From positions 9,672,001 to 9,736,000 of the forward strand of contig NC_043003.1 of NCBI RefSeq assembly GCF_006345805.1: 64,000 nt of DNA. The letters are read 5' to 3'. The notes beneath the pieces were generated by a model. That model searched no databases and had not been told where the DNA came from. It saw only the letters and a list, made by a program, of their open reading frames with translations. Source of the stretch: Octopus sinensis. Lineage: Eukaryota. Positions within the stretch are counted from its first letter, which is position 1; the number at the start of each line of letters is the position of its first letter. Both the position numbers and the translations under genes were made by a program. Below are positions 38,734 to 54,838 of the stretch, in pieces.

Positions 38734-40331
38734 CGTATGTATCTATTATCTTTGTTTGTGTGCGCGCCTGTGTGTACGTACGTGAACTTGTGCCCAAACA
38801 GAAACATTACTTCGACGACATGTTCACCTTTAAGATAAGCAATTAAGTATAAAGTAAGCTATTCAATTAGTAATGTTTCCACATCGTAGAGTCGCGTGAA
38901 ACGACGACCACCGGAGCTACTTTATATTTTTGCCCTTCCGAATTTATCTTTGTGGAATTGCTTATAATTGTCTAAGTGCAAAAATAATTACATTCAATTT
39001 TCAGAGAGAACCCATTTTCTGCTTTCTGCTCAACATTGAATAGGATGACTATGAATGAGACGATCTTCAAGATTTTATCAGAGTATGCATGTTTTATAGA
39101 TATTCTGATAAGCTCTATGATATTATGGTAAGCTCTATGTGTCTATCACACTGAAAATAGTTCTAAAGGAACTTGTTCGCTATTTGCAGCAAATGTATTT
39201 AGGCAACCATCTGATTACTTGATAGCAATTAACAATAGTCTGGGAACCTCTGTCACTCTGACAAGCTTTATTTTTCTCGCGATGGGTTAACTACAAAGAA
39301 CCTTGTCATAACGTGCTGTGATTGGAGAAGAACCGGCCCAGTCCCCACCGTCAAGAATGTAGAATTCATACTGGAATAAATGTTGTAAATAACAACACCA
39401 GAATCATCTCTGAGAGACCGGGACCATGATTAGCGACATAGAAAAATTTGCATCTGTGTTTTTTGAATGCCATATAATGATAGTGATAAGAATGTTCAGG
39501 TAGAATTTTGTCAAATGACAAAATAGAACAGTGTGGAATGAATGAATTTTAATAAAAAAAACTATTCATGCACATTATTAATTAACGATGTGTCTTGAAT
39601 CAAATGCATACATTTGTAGATGCGAATTTTCGTATACAAAAGCATGAATATTCTTGGGAGACAAGAGAGATCAATATATTTTATTACTTTTATTTATCTT
39701 TTGTTACATTCTATATTTTCATTTAAATGATTTATTACTATTTTATAAGAAAAGACAACGATAGGATAACTTCGACAATCTGGCGTGCATTGTGTTGATT
39801 TTATGGTCGCTATAGATCATATAGTCTCTATTCGGCCATGTATACGTAGACTATCAGATCGAAAATGTAACATGTACGATATCTGAGTTAGAGTGGCCTT
39901 GACAATTTTTGATGCTTCAGAAGTTGCGAATGTGTTCGTTCACTTTGTATCTTCAAACCATATTTGTGATATAAAATTTAATTTTACGTATGAAGAAGTA
40001 CATAAATGGAAACGTAGATTTCAGGAAGTCTATAGATTTCAGAAGTCTATATGATGACTTGTATATGTACATGTTTACGCACACACACGCACACACAAAC
40101 ACAAATACACGCACGCAGATATACACACATATATTCAATCATATATACATGTTTTTACGTATATGTAAATCAGTACGTATATATAAAATATATATATGTA
40201 TTATATATATACATATAAATAATATATATATATAATATATATACTGGATATACGTGTGACTATATATATGTACATATACATGTTTGTTTATATATATATA
40301 TATATATATAATATATATATATATATGTATG

Positions 40332-40365
<34 letters not shown>

Positions 40366-40408
40366 ATATATATATATATACGTATATATATATGTATATA
40401 CATATATG

Positions 40409-40441
<33 letters not shown>

Positions 40442-41814
40442 GTATATATACGTATACACGTTTATGTATGTATATGTATATATATATATATATATATGTA
40501 TAGATATGTATATATATGCATGTATATATACTATCTGTATGTGTGTACATGTGCTAGTGTGTGCGAATGCGAATGCATCTGTGTATGTGTGTGCGCATGT
40601 GTATGTATCTGTGTGTGTTTTGTGTGTGTGTGTGTATGCGTGTGTGTGTATATGTGTATGAGGGTCTGTGTGCGCGCGTGCGTGCGTGCGTGTTTGTGTG
40701 TGTGTGTGCTAAATTTCATGACCCAATACTGTGATCATAAGCGTGCTGTGTAGCGTTCATTTAATTAAATGAAGCAATGATAAGTTACCGTTGAATCATA
40801 CGCCCGGTATTTCTTTCGATTAATTTTTATTTCCAATTTTTTTAATACTTTGCTGTTAAACATAGGAACTTTTTTCTGTATTTTCTTTTTAAATGTTCTG
40901 GGTTTGTTTTTACTTTAATAATAAGATAAAATAACAAATTCAATGATTTTTTTATCATTTTCTTTATTAATTTCACTAACCTGACAAAGTGTTTTGTTAT
41001 TTTTCTTTACCTGTTATTGTTATGCTATTGAAATTGTTGAATATATAATGTTAAATGCTAAGTCACTCAACTAAGAGCATATTTATTGGAATGTGTCAAC
41101 AGTTCGGTGAACGAGAAAGTGTTTTAACTGTTGTGTTTATTACTGTTTTCCTATTCTGCGGAGATGAATAAAGTCAGAAAAAAAAGAAGAAAAGTAGAAT
41201 GGAAAGGAAAAGAAAATATCAGTTTGAAAGTAAAATTTGCGGCAATGCAAGAAGGATAACATGGAATTGTTTTCAAACTGTCAGAATAACGAAAGAATTA
41301 AATGAGAGATTTGTACAGGTTTAAGCAGCGTAATTCGACAATTATTGCAATAGTGTGGCAAATTTTATTTACGTCAAATATACCTGCTACGTATTTGTGC
41401 CAAAAAAAAATTATGATGAAAATTACAGGTGAATATATTCTAAAAAGCACGGTATTTTTCTTCTTTTTTTTTCATATTTGTCGCCTCAAATATTGTGACT
41501 CTAGTTGTTGTTCTCGAATGCATATGTGATGATCACTCTTATGATGATCAACATCAGGATTGTGTTCATCATGACGATGATGAAGATAATGTGGACGATA
41601 ACGATTTTGATGATGCAGATGCTGATGCAAATGAAGACGACAGTAGCGACGGCGACGATGATGATGATGATGATAATGGTCATGATAAGGATGAAGCTTT
41701 GACATTTGCATAATGTTTGTATTGTAATGAAATGCATTTTAAAATTCATATTATTTTGTGATACTTAGAAACATACAACTATAGAAAACGTGGTAATCAA
41801 CTAACCTCATATCA

Positions 41815-41848
<34 letters not shown>

Positions 41849-42533
41849 ACATTATATATATATATTATATATATATGTATATATAAATTTATATATATAT
41901 ATTATTTATATATGTATATATAATTTTATATATATATATATATATTATATATATATATATATTATATATATATATATATATATACTTATATATATATATA
42001 TATAAATACATAAGCATGAAGATGCAAATATACGCATATAGATTCACCGTCATATATGTAGGAGTATTCGCAATACCCACGTGTGCATGGAAGTATGTAT
42101 TTATGCTTAGATAGTTGGATAAATTTAAGCAAATGTAAGCATGTATATGCACATAAGTCATAAATGTATTTTTGTCTAATTTTTTAAAGACAATGCAAGA
42201 CGGTTGCCGCACTGATGTCGAGTTTTGTTTGTTGAGATTAACTCTACTTCTTATAAGATGGTTCTAGTTACCAGAAGACAATTGTCTTTATTTCTCTGGA
42301 AGCAAAGACAATATCAACAGATCTAGAATTTCCTTCTTATCGTATTATCTATAACTATTATTAAAACTTCATCATCGTGGTTCGAAAACATGGCACAAGT
42401 AACTCCGATTTATTTCTCATTTCTTTTCTCTAATGGCATTTTCGTATCATCAGTACATACCGGCGCGTGTGTGTGTATATGTATGTATGTGTGTATATAT
42501 ATACATATACATATTGTATGTATTATGTGTGTT

Positions 42534-42565
<32 letters not shown>

Positions 42566-43724
42566 ATATATACATATGTATGAATATGTGTGTTTATATA
42601 TATATATTATATATATATATATATGTATGTATGTATGTATGCATACGCACATATAAGTATGTGTGTATACACATGTATGCATGTATATATATATATATAT
42701 ATATATATCTTCTGTAACACCGTTATTGTTGACAACTGTCAGAAGCTATGTTTTCATATCCCGAAGGGAAGCCATTTCTTCATAAACCAAAAATAACTGT
42801 TAATGTAGGCCCGGACACTCGTTTTACTTTTGTTCTCTTCTACAACAGAGTGGTTCAAACGCAATTGATTACCATTGACAAGACTAACAGATGTAGTTGT
42901 GGTGTTACCCCTCTCGGCCTCACTCTTTGTGAAAATATGTGTGTTTGTGTGTGTGCGTGCGTCTGTGATATGTGTGCGTCTGTAAATACACGTGTGAGTA
43001 TATATTTATACAAACACACCAACACACCAAGTATTGCTTAGCACTTTCTCCTACTTTCAAACTGCATTCATGATATATTCGGAAAATATATTTTATTATG
43101 TATATATAGATACGTACATACATATATATACCGAGCGTTGTGGATTTGTGAGTTGGGGCTTGGTTATTTGTGTGTACGCATGCGTGTGTTTGTGCATGTG
43201 TAATAGCGTTGAGAGTGTTTCACATGAGTTTTTACTTTACTTTATACAGAGAAATACCGATGCGTTCAAAAGTTTTTCTTCTGAAATATGAAAGTGGTCA
43301 GTGCGACGTCCTGACTTAATAATTGATACAATTAACAAATATTTGAATGAATCCATAGGTGTGTGTGTATGTATGTATCGTATTCAAATTTACATTTAAG
43401 AACTGACTTCTTTAAGAGCTAACATTTAAGATCTAACTGTATAAACAAATATAAAAACAAACTTTTTAAAACGAGAATCAATTTGTGACCCGTTAAATGA
43501 AAGTTGGATGAAGAAAGCAAACCAGATGAAGCAATATGAAGAAACTGTTGAGTGTATCGTTTCTGCAAAGATATTAAAACCAAATTAATCTGAAGTGGAA
43601 ACAATAGTATTGTAAAAATAAATATGTACATAAAACGTTTTACTAAAATTATACGTAACAATCTACCGAGTTGGGTATTGCTGACATCTGACACGTAACA
43701 TACCCACGAATACTACTAATAATA

Positions 43725-43755
<31 letters not shown>

Positions 43756-44899
43756 TGATAATAATAATAATGATAATAATAATAATGATAATAATAATAA
43801 TAATGATATTGATGATGATGATGATGATGATGATGATTATAATTTATGATAATGATAATAATAATCACAAAAGAACAAGAATAATAATATCACGTATGTG
43901 ATGTAATGTCGTACATATTCGTACAAGACGCATTACAAAATAAGGTATACGACACAGTGTATATATATACTTACATATATACATGTGTGGGTGTATATAT
44001 CTATATGTATGTGTGCGTGTATATATAATATATATATATATATATGGTTGATAACAAAAAGGGCATCCCACGTAGACATGGGTTTGGAGCCACGACGTTA
44101 TTTGACTTGGATCATATCGTGACTCCGTGAACATTCCACTCTTCATATTAGTAGTTGGCCGATCCTTAGATGCCCGGGAGTATGTTGCTGTTGAAATAGG
44201 CAATAATTCCTTTATATTCCATTGGTAGCTCGACTAAACTTTTATAAAATTGCTAGATTGATTTTACCAAGAGTCTATCTTTCGAGTGTTTCACAAAGAA
44301 AGACTACATGTCGGTCTCAGTTATAATATTTTCCCAATCACTGATCTCCAGTTTGTTCTGCAATCCAATCATGCCGGCGTTTGCAATTAGACCGTGAATC
44401 ATCAGAATCAATCTGGAGTTGGGAGAAGATGATGTCTTTTCACCATTCGCTTTTATTCTGGAATCATTCATTTTTATATTTCTTATTGCCGTTACTGTCA
44501 ATTTGTTAACCTATTTCTGTTTTGTAATTTGCTCTCAACGAGTAGTGTCAATTTTAATTAAATCTGCTCAACTCAAAGTAGCTAACGTTTCGATGCTGGC
44601 CCTATTCATCGGCCCCTAGGTACTTCCAGGCGTACTACGGAAAGGTTGATGTTTGGGGCCTGCTATTTTTGATGCTCTCTCTGTTGTTGTCAGAAGCTAT
44701 ATTTCCTCCATTGTTTTTCTCCCCCTTTAGGCCAAAAAACATTCAAACAGCACAGCCTCCCACACACAATATCTGGGATTTCCACCATCCATTTAATTAC
44801 AATCGTCTGTATATTAATAACGGAGAAAACACCGAAGACGCTCTGTGATTGTTGGTAGTCATCAGGATCTGTATATTTGTGCGATCTCCACTCCACCAC

Positions 44900-45560
44900 A
44901 CTTTCATATGTCAACTCAGTGCTCACCATTTGTCCGCAGTATGGTTAAAAGAAAGGACAAAAGCCTAAGAGGTAACGGCTGTATCAAAGTGCTTGACTAT
45001 GACTCTCTTACGTGCTTCGCCTGCGCATATACATTGCGGCACCTCCCTGTCTTCTCATCTCGTTTTCAATCTTAAATCAGGCACACACTGCTTCACATCT
45101 TGCATACATCTTCGCTGCATATATGGTATCAAACATCTGTTAGGATTTTCTCAACTGCTCCATCGGCGATATATGGGCAGCCTCTACATTTACTGTAAAG
45201 CAGAGCTATGATACTTTCTTCCTCCCCTTCCTCAATGTAATCTTTAGACAGGAGGGAGTGTTTTATGGAGGACGTCTTCAACGTAGTTTTTCCGAAAGCT
45301 GATCCATGCCCACCTCTCCTCTCTAGTATGCATCCACTTGCAAACGATGAGTTGCTACTTTTACATATATTTCACACAATTCTGTCAACGCGATTGTCTA
45401 CGTCTACGCCTTTTCAAAACAATTGTCATAAAAAAAAACCCATCATATCCGTTTTGTTTTAATATTTTCAAACATCTTTCAAATCTTTCGAGGGGCGTCT
45501 TCGTTGCTGTCACGCTTGTGTGTAACGCCAATTCCTGCTCACCCAAATGACACCATATTA
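44900..45560 (-). mobile_element. Possible decayed Penelope-like element ORF
   Basis: Minus strand gives LKILKQNGY (NGY motif) followed by PYIADGAVEKIL (LPY..G.SEKI-like). Support is weak, with many stops. Confidence 0.25.
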
Positions 45561-46554
45561 TAGGGTTTAAAAAAGCATAGAGTGTGTGCAAGGAAGTATT
45601 TTATTTTTTCCAGTTCGAGTAATAGTATGGATAATGAAATGTTCTAAATTAATTTAACCGCAAAATGCATCAATAATACAGTTCTTTTATTAAACATCTT
45701 ATATTCAAATCTTTTTGAAACCGGTTATAAACATTATTTGTAATAACCTATTATATAATCAAATATCTTTAATACAATTCACACACATGCACATCAGCAT
45801 ATATATATATATATAATATATATATGTGTGTGTGTGTGTGTGTATACACATATACAGACGTACACACACATATATATATATGTACTTGTACATATGTATT
45901 TATGTATGTGTGAAAATGTATGTATATGCACATGTATATGTTAACATGTCTCTATCGTGTTATCTCTTGTATTGTTTATTGTAGTTACACACTATGCATT
46001 CATGTATATACATACATACAGAGACATGCGTACATACATAGTGCATATATACATAAATACATACATACGCACATACATACATGCATACATATATATCGTC
46101 GTTCCCGGTGGGTAGAAGTTCAAAAATCCTGTTGCCCTCCCATGCCAGCTGTTGTCTTGTACCTAAGAATAATCAGCTGAACTATTTGACGGCTTACGAA
46201 GCCTTTTATTGTTTCGTAACAAGATGTATGGTTCGAACTTAGAAGCGACAAGGAAAAAGGAGATATGACAGCGCAATTCTATCCGACCCGCTATCATTCC
46301 GTCAATTCGCCACTCTAGGCTGATAATTTGTCGATTTCGAAAATATGAAAGCTAACATAGTATAGATTAAAATTGCGTTCAAAGAGGACAGAGCTGATGC
46401 GAGGCACTCTATCCGAAACTCGTGTACATTTGTATCTATGCGCGTGAGTGCGTGTGTCTGTGTGTGTGTGTATATATATATATATATACAAACACGCACT
46501 TACACACACACCACACATATATATATATATAATACAAACATGTATATATATATA

Positions 46555-46712
46555 TTTCTCTCTCTGCTTATTTATGTGTTCCTTTCTGTTGAAGAGCGTA
46601 AGCTCGAACGTAAAAGACTTTCTTACTTCCTGAGCGTTAAACTAATAAATCTGTTTGTTGTTTACACACCCGTCTTCATATTTTTTTTCGTAAATTCCAA
46701 CTGTATCCATAT
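46555..46712 (+). mobile_element. ~150-bp repeat with minimal hammerhead-like motif, copy 2
   Basis: 46582-46616 reads CTTT-CTGTTGA-A-GAGC-GTAA-GCTC-GAAC-GT-A-AAAG (one A of GAAA missing). Confidence 0.65.
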
Positions 46713-46714
46713 AC

Positions 46715-46788
<74 letters not shown>

Positions 46789-47166
46789 CACACACCTAAA
46801 TCACATTTCTTCATATATATGTGTATGTATACATGCATGTGTCTGTGTGTTTTGTTTAATTTCATATATTAGTTTTTTGCTATTTTCCTTAACTACTTTT
46901 CGTTATCATTGCTCATTGTGTATATATATGTGAGTGTGTGTGTATGTGTGCATTGTGTATCCATTATGTGCGTGCATGTGTAAGAGCGCATGTTTTTACT
47001 TAACGAGTCTAGAAGGATTTTTGCTCATGACTTAATCGGAAGTCCGATACCGATAAATTGATGGTATTATTCTAGACTATATTTGCTTGAAAATACACAC
47101 ATACATACACTTGCATATATACACATTCACCTCTCTATCTCTCTCTCTCTTTTTATATATATATAC

Positions 47167-47260
<94 letters not shown>

Positions 47261-47952
47261 GATTTAAGGTGTGCAGCCAATATCGCTGAATATGGAAATG
47301 TTATGCCAGCTTCAAAGCTCATTAGCTTGAAATATAAGTAAAATATAATAATGAATATAGATATCACTATTTCACGTTAATTTCTAGCAACGTTCAGCAG
47401 AAATTGAAGCTATATATATATGGTTTTACCTACGATTTTTTGAAAATATATTGATATGAAAGTTGTATTTGTTGAGTGGATGTGGAACCGATTGACTTAT
47501 TGCTGTGCTGTACGTTGGTATGGAGTGTATTGTTAAATTTTAGATTCTATATGTTTAGTGGTATACGAAAAGTTATGACTATACAAAGAGCATTCGTGAT
47601 TATTATTTTTAAAGGGCAATTGTAAGTATTGTTGTACAGTATTGTTAGTTAGTCTCGGTTAAAACTTAAGAACTATCATTTTCTGTTGGAAAGGAAATAG
47701 AAATCATTTTCATTATTAATCATATCTGGAACAAATATGTGGTATATTTGCCTCTAGAATTACTAAGCTGCAAAACTCCGTTGAAGGTGAACACCCCCAC
47801 TCACATCATGGGAAGAGTATTGTGGAAGGTATTTAGTAATTTTTATTCGGCCTTTGAAGAAAATGACCAATAAAATCTTAGTTTAAAATCTTACTTTAAA
47901 ATAATTAGCATCATTTATAGAAATCCTCCGATTACGAGAAATACGAGGAATA

Positions 47953-48018
<66 letters not shown>

Positions 48019-48064
48019 CGAATATGCGTTGTATTATTATAATATAACTGTTCAATATTCGGTA

Positions 48065-48320
48065 GTTTGACGCAAATTTCTACTGCATCACCTGCAACAT
48101 CTTTTTGCAGCATTTTGTGTTCTTTTCTGCGGTTAGGAGCATGAAAACTCTTCCCAGTAACGTGTTGTGTTAGTCTTTTTCTTCTCTTGAGGTGTGGTGC
48201 AGTCTTTTGTTGTATTACTGCTTGTATTGTGTACTGAGTATGTAATGCTTGGGTTTGCTAGCTTCCCGGTGGAAGTTTATTTCACTGGATAAATGCTGTA
48301 TAGTGTCTTCCGTTTGTGGG
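48065..48320 (-). mobile_element. Probable non-LTR 3'-end relic, homologous to 18940-19180
   Basis: Shares motifs with 18940-19180 and is bounded by (TAC)n and (ATT)n. Confidence 0.35.
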
Positions 48321-48398
48321 TTGTTATTATTATTATTATTATTAATATTATTATTATTATTATTATTATTACTACTATTACTGTTATATTATTAATAT

Positions 48399-48446
<48 letters not shown>

Positions 48447-48653
48447 CTTTCCTACTAAAGGAACAGGCCTGAAAATTTGGGGGACGAAACTAGGCGATCA
48501 CGTCAACCCCAGTGCTCGACTGGTATTTTATATATCGGCCCCGAAATGATGAAAGGCAAAGTTGACCTCGGCAGAATTTGAACTCGGAACGTAGAAGCAG
48601 ACGAAATACCGGTAACCATTTCGCCCGGTGTGCTACCGCTTCTGCGAGCTTAC
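48447..48653 (-). mobile_element. CORE-SINE (OR-like) with (ATT)n tail
   Basis: Reverse complement of the core: GATGAAAGGCAAAGTTGACCTCGGCAGAATTTGAACTC. Confidence 0.85.
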
Positions 48654-48895
48654 TAATAATAATAATGATATCTATGATGTCAAAATGTAGTAAGAATTTA
48701 TTATAATGTGATATATGAATGTGTTTTTCTGTTTGTGTGCCTCTCTCCATATATATATGTGTGTGCATGTGTATTTATATAAAGAGAAATACAGAGATGT
48801 ACACACACACACCCATACGCACGCACGTTCGCACATACACAACCACATATACATATATAAATACGTATATATATATATATCTATATATATATATA

Positions 48896-48932
<37 letters not shown>

Positions 48933-48979
48933 GCTGATCTATATATATATATAATATCATATATATATATGTATATTTA

Positions 48980-49013
<34 letters not shown>

Positions 49014-52000
49014 CATACATACATACATGTTTCTATATGTAGTTGTCAGTGTTGATACATTTCCAATATTTTATACTGTACTTGATAACTTTGGATGCGG
49101 AATACTATAAATATACCGTTATTATAGGACTTTGTAGAGAGCTTTGAAGGTAGACTTGATCTCAGAATAATACTGTTTCAAAGAAGGAACAAAGATAAGT
49201 CAGGATTCCGTTTAGGTACATTAATATATCTATATGATATTTTATTTTTATTGATACTCGTTTTCTAAGTTATGCTTGTCTTTATATTTACTTCGTGGTA
49301 TCATCCACAGTAAACTTACTTCTTCAATACTTCCATATTTTCAGTAACCAAATGCATCTCTCTTGCCACATATTCTCTGCCCACTTTAGAATGATAGTTT
49401 TATTTGGAAATATACTTGCTTTACTACTTATTAAACACAGATTTTTGTTTGCAAATTCCCCGCAAATGTCTTTATATCTCTCGCACAAAATGCATCATAT
49501 TACGTTCCTTGAAACTATGAATGAGGCATTTTCCACGTGTTAATATGTGAACTCTGGAATAAGAATCTTCTCAGCTGATTTCGATAAATATGTTCGTTTA
49601 CGGATCATAAATTTGAAATCAGGATATATAAGTTGTGTAAATGAAAGGAGTTGTGATATACGCAGCACTCCAGAATGGAAAAATTCCATTTGTAAATGTT
49701 TTCATTTATAAAATTTTGATGTTTTTATAATCACAAAAGTAAATGCACAAATACACAGATACACACAGAGGCAACCACTACCACACACACACACATCTAC
49801 ACAAACACACACACATATCAACAGAAAAAGACACATGGCACGAAAATACACGGTTTAATTCATTCCATAAAACAGGAACGGACTATGCTAAATCATATTA
49901 TTATTGATACTGTGATAGTTATGATTTAATTGATACATTGATATAATATAATATAATACATTGATATAATATAATATAATATAATGAAATTAATATTCTG
50001 ATATTAACTTCATGGGGTATATAATCAGCGATAAACAAAACGATATGCTTTCACAATAGTGTTAGAAAGAAAACTATATGAAATATGCAGATGTTTGCGT
50101 TTGTATCTATTGATTTGTTGGAATATAATGTGCTGTTGTCATAAAAAGAGACAGCAATAACTAAAGGTTTGATGGTGATTATACAAACATTGATTGCATT
50201 AAATAAGCAGTGAAAGTAACAAAAAGCAAAACCAGTTTTCGTTAAAGCGGTATTTTTATTTTTTAACTCGAACGACGATACAGAAAAATGTCTAGGATAA
50301 TGATGATGCAGATGATAATGAGGTTTGCAATGACGATGAATGTGATAATTTAGAAGATGATGACAACGGGTAATCTTGATGATGATGGTAATGATGGCAA
50401 TGGTGATGATGATGATGAGGAGGAGGAGGAGAAGAAGGACGAATGGGGAAATATTGATGATTATGGTGATATCGATGATGAGAACGATGAGGATGATCAC
50501 AATGTTATATTGTGTATTTGTTCGAAGGAAGCTCAATGACCGGTGATTAGCCCCAGCCCACTTTTGGTCTTGAAGCAGACAATATCAACACAAACACCAA
50601 ATATTATACACACTGGCACATGGATTCATGAAAGAAACAAATATTACCTGAAATCTTGCATACTTACATCTGAAAAGTATATTTCTTGTAAGGTACAACT
50701 AAGGGGTATATGTTTTTAGTGTGTGTTGTACATTATCCAAAGATAGTAAATTCATAATACATCAAGTCAATAGTATAACCACGGAAACTAATTTTTTACT
50801 AAACCCTGTAATCAAATACGGTAGGTTTCCTGATATAGCATTGCACAACCAAACAGCCAAATGTACCATGTTAGAGGACTAGAGAGATGGTATAATAATA
50901 GGAAGGAGACACGAATAAGGGCCAATGAGTGAGCGACATTCCACCAGCGCACATCCAATGTTGGTTAAGTTCATATTAAGTCCATATTTGTTAAAAATTC
51001 ATCAGCTGAAACCGATTATCTTCATATTTTTACTCTTATATGATCATTATATCCGATTTTTGGGAGCATATGAAATTCTTAGCAGCGTCTCGTGTCTCGG
51101 ATTTCGCTTCGCCGCCATGTTGCGATCCGATTGACCTTTGTTTCATCTTTTAAGATCAAGCCAGCATTTGTTATTTCTTCAGTTTAGGCAGCCGCAATTC
51201 TTCAGCGAATAGACTACATGCTCGCTTCTCCGAGGCAAGCATTCCGTAGGCTCAGTAGTCCGGTACAGTTACAGCTTGGTGGGAACTTCCAGGGCATACG
51301 CCCCGCTCCCATAGCTACCGAAAAGTCACTGCCACTGTTGCACCACTATGAGGTACTGAAGTAGGACTTCGCAACGGTCAAGCAATTTGGATCAAGATGC
51401 AAAAGAATGCACAATCAAGACAGAACTGGAAACGATTCTGATGGGTATTGATATAGAACCACTCTAGATTATAGAAATTGACACTTTCCCATGATAACAT
51501 ATATTTGTATTGAAACCAAGATTACGTCGTTACAAAGCACATTCTTAACGATTTGGCCTGACTGCACGTATGAGCTATAACTTTAACTTGTCTCACAGAA
51601 TATTTTAGATGTCCAAGTCGAATCCAGTGCATTTATAGAATTCTATGACATATGTTAAAACCATCTTTTTATGCATTATCAGTTAAGCATTGAGGTAAAA
51701 TGTCCGTTATTTAAAATGTGAAGATATGATATCCTGAAGGCATCAAATTGCTAGTCTACGCTTCTGTAGTAATCTTTTACCAAGTTGCTTGCATTAAAAT
51801 TTTAAACCGATATATTTAACATTTAATATTTTTATATACATTATTATTTCTACATTGAAAAATTTAGACTGTTTGCTGAAAAATTTATGTTGATTATTAT
51901 TGTTTAAATATTCTAATAAGATGGAGCGAGGAGCATCGTAATTTTCAGTTACTCTGCGCTTAGTATCTATTTATTAGCAGCAGGCTCTACATTATTCATT

Positions 52001-52550
52001 GACGATATGAAAGGAATTGAAAAAGCTATATAATTTCATACCAGTCTATAAATTTATATCTATGATATTACAGCGACAAGGGTTCTAACCAAGTAAGTAT
52101 AAACTGAAGCAATAGTTTAGTATTAGTAATCCATTCTTGATCATATTTAATAAATTCATGATTAACGTAACTGGTTTATTCTTAAACTGCTCCGTTGTTT
52201 GTGATATAAGGTACAGTAATATGAATTTTTAACTATCCAAGTTAATATTCATTTGATACGATCACACTGTCTACTTCACATATGCATGTACAGGAATATA
52301 TCCAGCACAAAAAGCACATCCACGCACATATACATGACTTTACATTTATGTTCCTCTAACAGGGTTTATATATATGGTTATAATATATATATGTATATAT
52401 ATATATGTATGTATATATATATATTATGTATTATATATAATATAATATTATATATTATAATATATATATATTATGTATATATATATTATATTATATGTAT
52501 ATGTATATTATATATTAATAATATATATATATAAATATATGTATATATGT

Positions 52551-52591
<41 letters not shown>

Positions 52592-52784
52592 TATATATAT
52601 ATAATATATATACATATGGCATGTATATATTAACGCACAAATACATATGCATGCTCCTGGTCACCCAGTACTACCGGGACCTCAGCATGAATTGTGAAAC
52701 TACATCCCTGTCTATTGCTGCAATGCGATAAAATTGTAAACCGTACATGACAGGTTGAGATTTTCTATCATTTTAACATTATTA

Positions 52785-52826
<42 letters not shown>

Positions 52827-52976
52827 CATTATTTCAGTTGTTTTAAATAACGTGATTTTATTGTGCCACCCATAGTAACTCTGTCTAACTTTGTTACGTG
52901 CACTATAGTAATTCTTTCACACTTATTGGAAATAATCATTTTAATGTATACAATATCTATCTTCAGTACAGTGCAT

Positions 52977-53097
<121 letters not shown>

Positions 53098-54317
53098 GTG
53101 TGTGTATGTGTGTGTATGTACGTATGTATGTATGATTATATATATATATATATGTTTATATATATATGTCTTCAATGTTATTCGTGCTTTTGCTTTTTAT
53201 GTCATATTTGGTAGAAGTGGGGGGGGGGGATTTCTGTTTGCAATTTCCAATTTTCTTTTAGTGACGGATTCCTGTTTATTGGAATCCATACATCGATCAC
53301 GGAACATATCACTTCCTGTAGGCCCTTCAGAACACTTGTCACTTAGTCAATCATCGTGAGCGTTGGTGGCACATTTCTATGCCGCATCTCTTCTGTATGT
53401 ATTTCATAAAAATTGCATTATTGGAAAGTGCAAATGTTTGTTTTTTTCGTATGATTTCCCTGTATTTTATATTTGTTTCTTGCTCTGACAGTGTAACCAA
53501 GCGCAGGTCTGTGTAATTTTCTTTATGTGTGCACACTCTTTTAGACTTGTCTTTCTATTGTACTTAAAATCATCTACTTAATATATATTTAGTTATATTT
53601 TTCCGTACTTGGTGTAGAATTGTAAGGCATGCGATTTTCATAATCAACTTATCTGCATGCTTTTTCATCATTCCGAAGGCACTTCTTATAAAACTTTTTA
53701 TTATACTATTATGAGAATTTTATGTTTATTCCATAAATCATATAATTATGTATTTCATTAACAATGATATCAGTTATACGAAGAATTACCTCTTAAATAA
53801 TGTACATCATCAGATCACCAGAGGTTGCATAACAAACGTAAAAGATTCTGCTGATTCCTCTTTCCTTATTTTTTATATTTACCTCTCGTCTTTATTTCTT
53901 TTGTAGTCATGTTTTGACAGCTCGGCACATTTTTCAATTAAAACTATTTCATATCATTTACAAGTATATCGAATCGATCAGACCTAATTTTTTCCTTTCT
54001 GTCAGTTGTTGCATTTCTCAGTATACACGCTTCATCATTATCCCTGATCACTCCCGGTGTATTTTGTAATCAACAATTATATGCGAGGTTCTACTGCATA
54101 TTCCCATATATATTTGTACGCGTGATTCGGTGTATGTACGTGTCTGGTGGTTCTACCGATGCATATATAAATCTACATATATGTATGCATATCTATCATG
54201 TTGCTATCTATCTACTATCTATCTATCTATCTATCTATATATATATTATATATATATCTATATATATAGTATATATATATATATAATATATATATATATC
54301 AATAATGTTAGACGAAA

Positions 54318-54529
54318 GCGGCGAGCTGCCAGAATCGTTAGCACGCCGGGCGAAATGCATAGCGGTATTTCATCTGCCTTTATGTTCTGAGTTCAAATTT
54401 TGCCGAGGTCGACTTTGCCTTTCATCCTTTTAGGGTTGATAAACTAAGTACCAGTTGTGTACTGAGTTCGATCAAATCGACTGGCCCCCTCCCCCAAAAA
54501 TTTCGGGTCATGTGCCTACAGTAGAGAAG
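54318..54529 (+). mobile_element. CORE-SINE (OR-like) with 16-bp TSD
   Basis: Full head and core are present. TSD AAT(A/G)ATGTTAGACGAA at 54301-54316 and 54530-54545. Confidence 0.9.
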
Positions 54530-54629
54530 AATGATGTTAGACGAAGAAATGCGATATAAACAATTTGCATCACAGACATCATTTCAGCTATGTGATATAT
54601 ATATTCGCCATGCTGGACAGCTCTCTCTG

Positions 54630-54775
54630 ATTATTTTCTTTGATTCCTTTCTGTTGAAGAGCGTAGGCTCGAAACATAAAATACTTTTTCATTTTCCCGA
54701 GCGTCAAACTAATAGACTTGCTTGTTATTCATACACATGTCTTCGTTTTTTGTTTTTCTATAAATTTCAACTATA
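54630..54775 (+). mobile_element. ~150-bp repeat with minimal hammerhead-like motif, copy 3
   Basis: 54647-54682 reads CTTT-CTGTTGA-A-GAGC-GTAG-GCTC-GAAAC-AT-A-AAAT. Confidence 0.65.
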
Positions 54776-54788
54776 CATATACATATAC

Positions 54789-54838
<50 letters not shown>

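Noticed and set aside
44060-44660. GPCR-like hydrophobic ORF (44419-44619) and minus-strand ORFs
   Set aside because: Short and bounded by stops, with no convincing splice sites or family motif.
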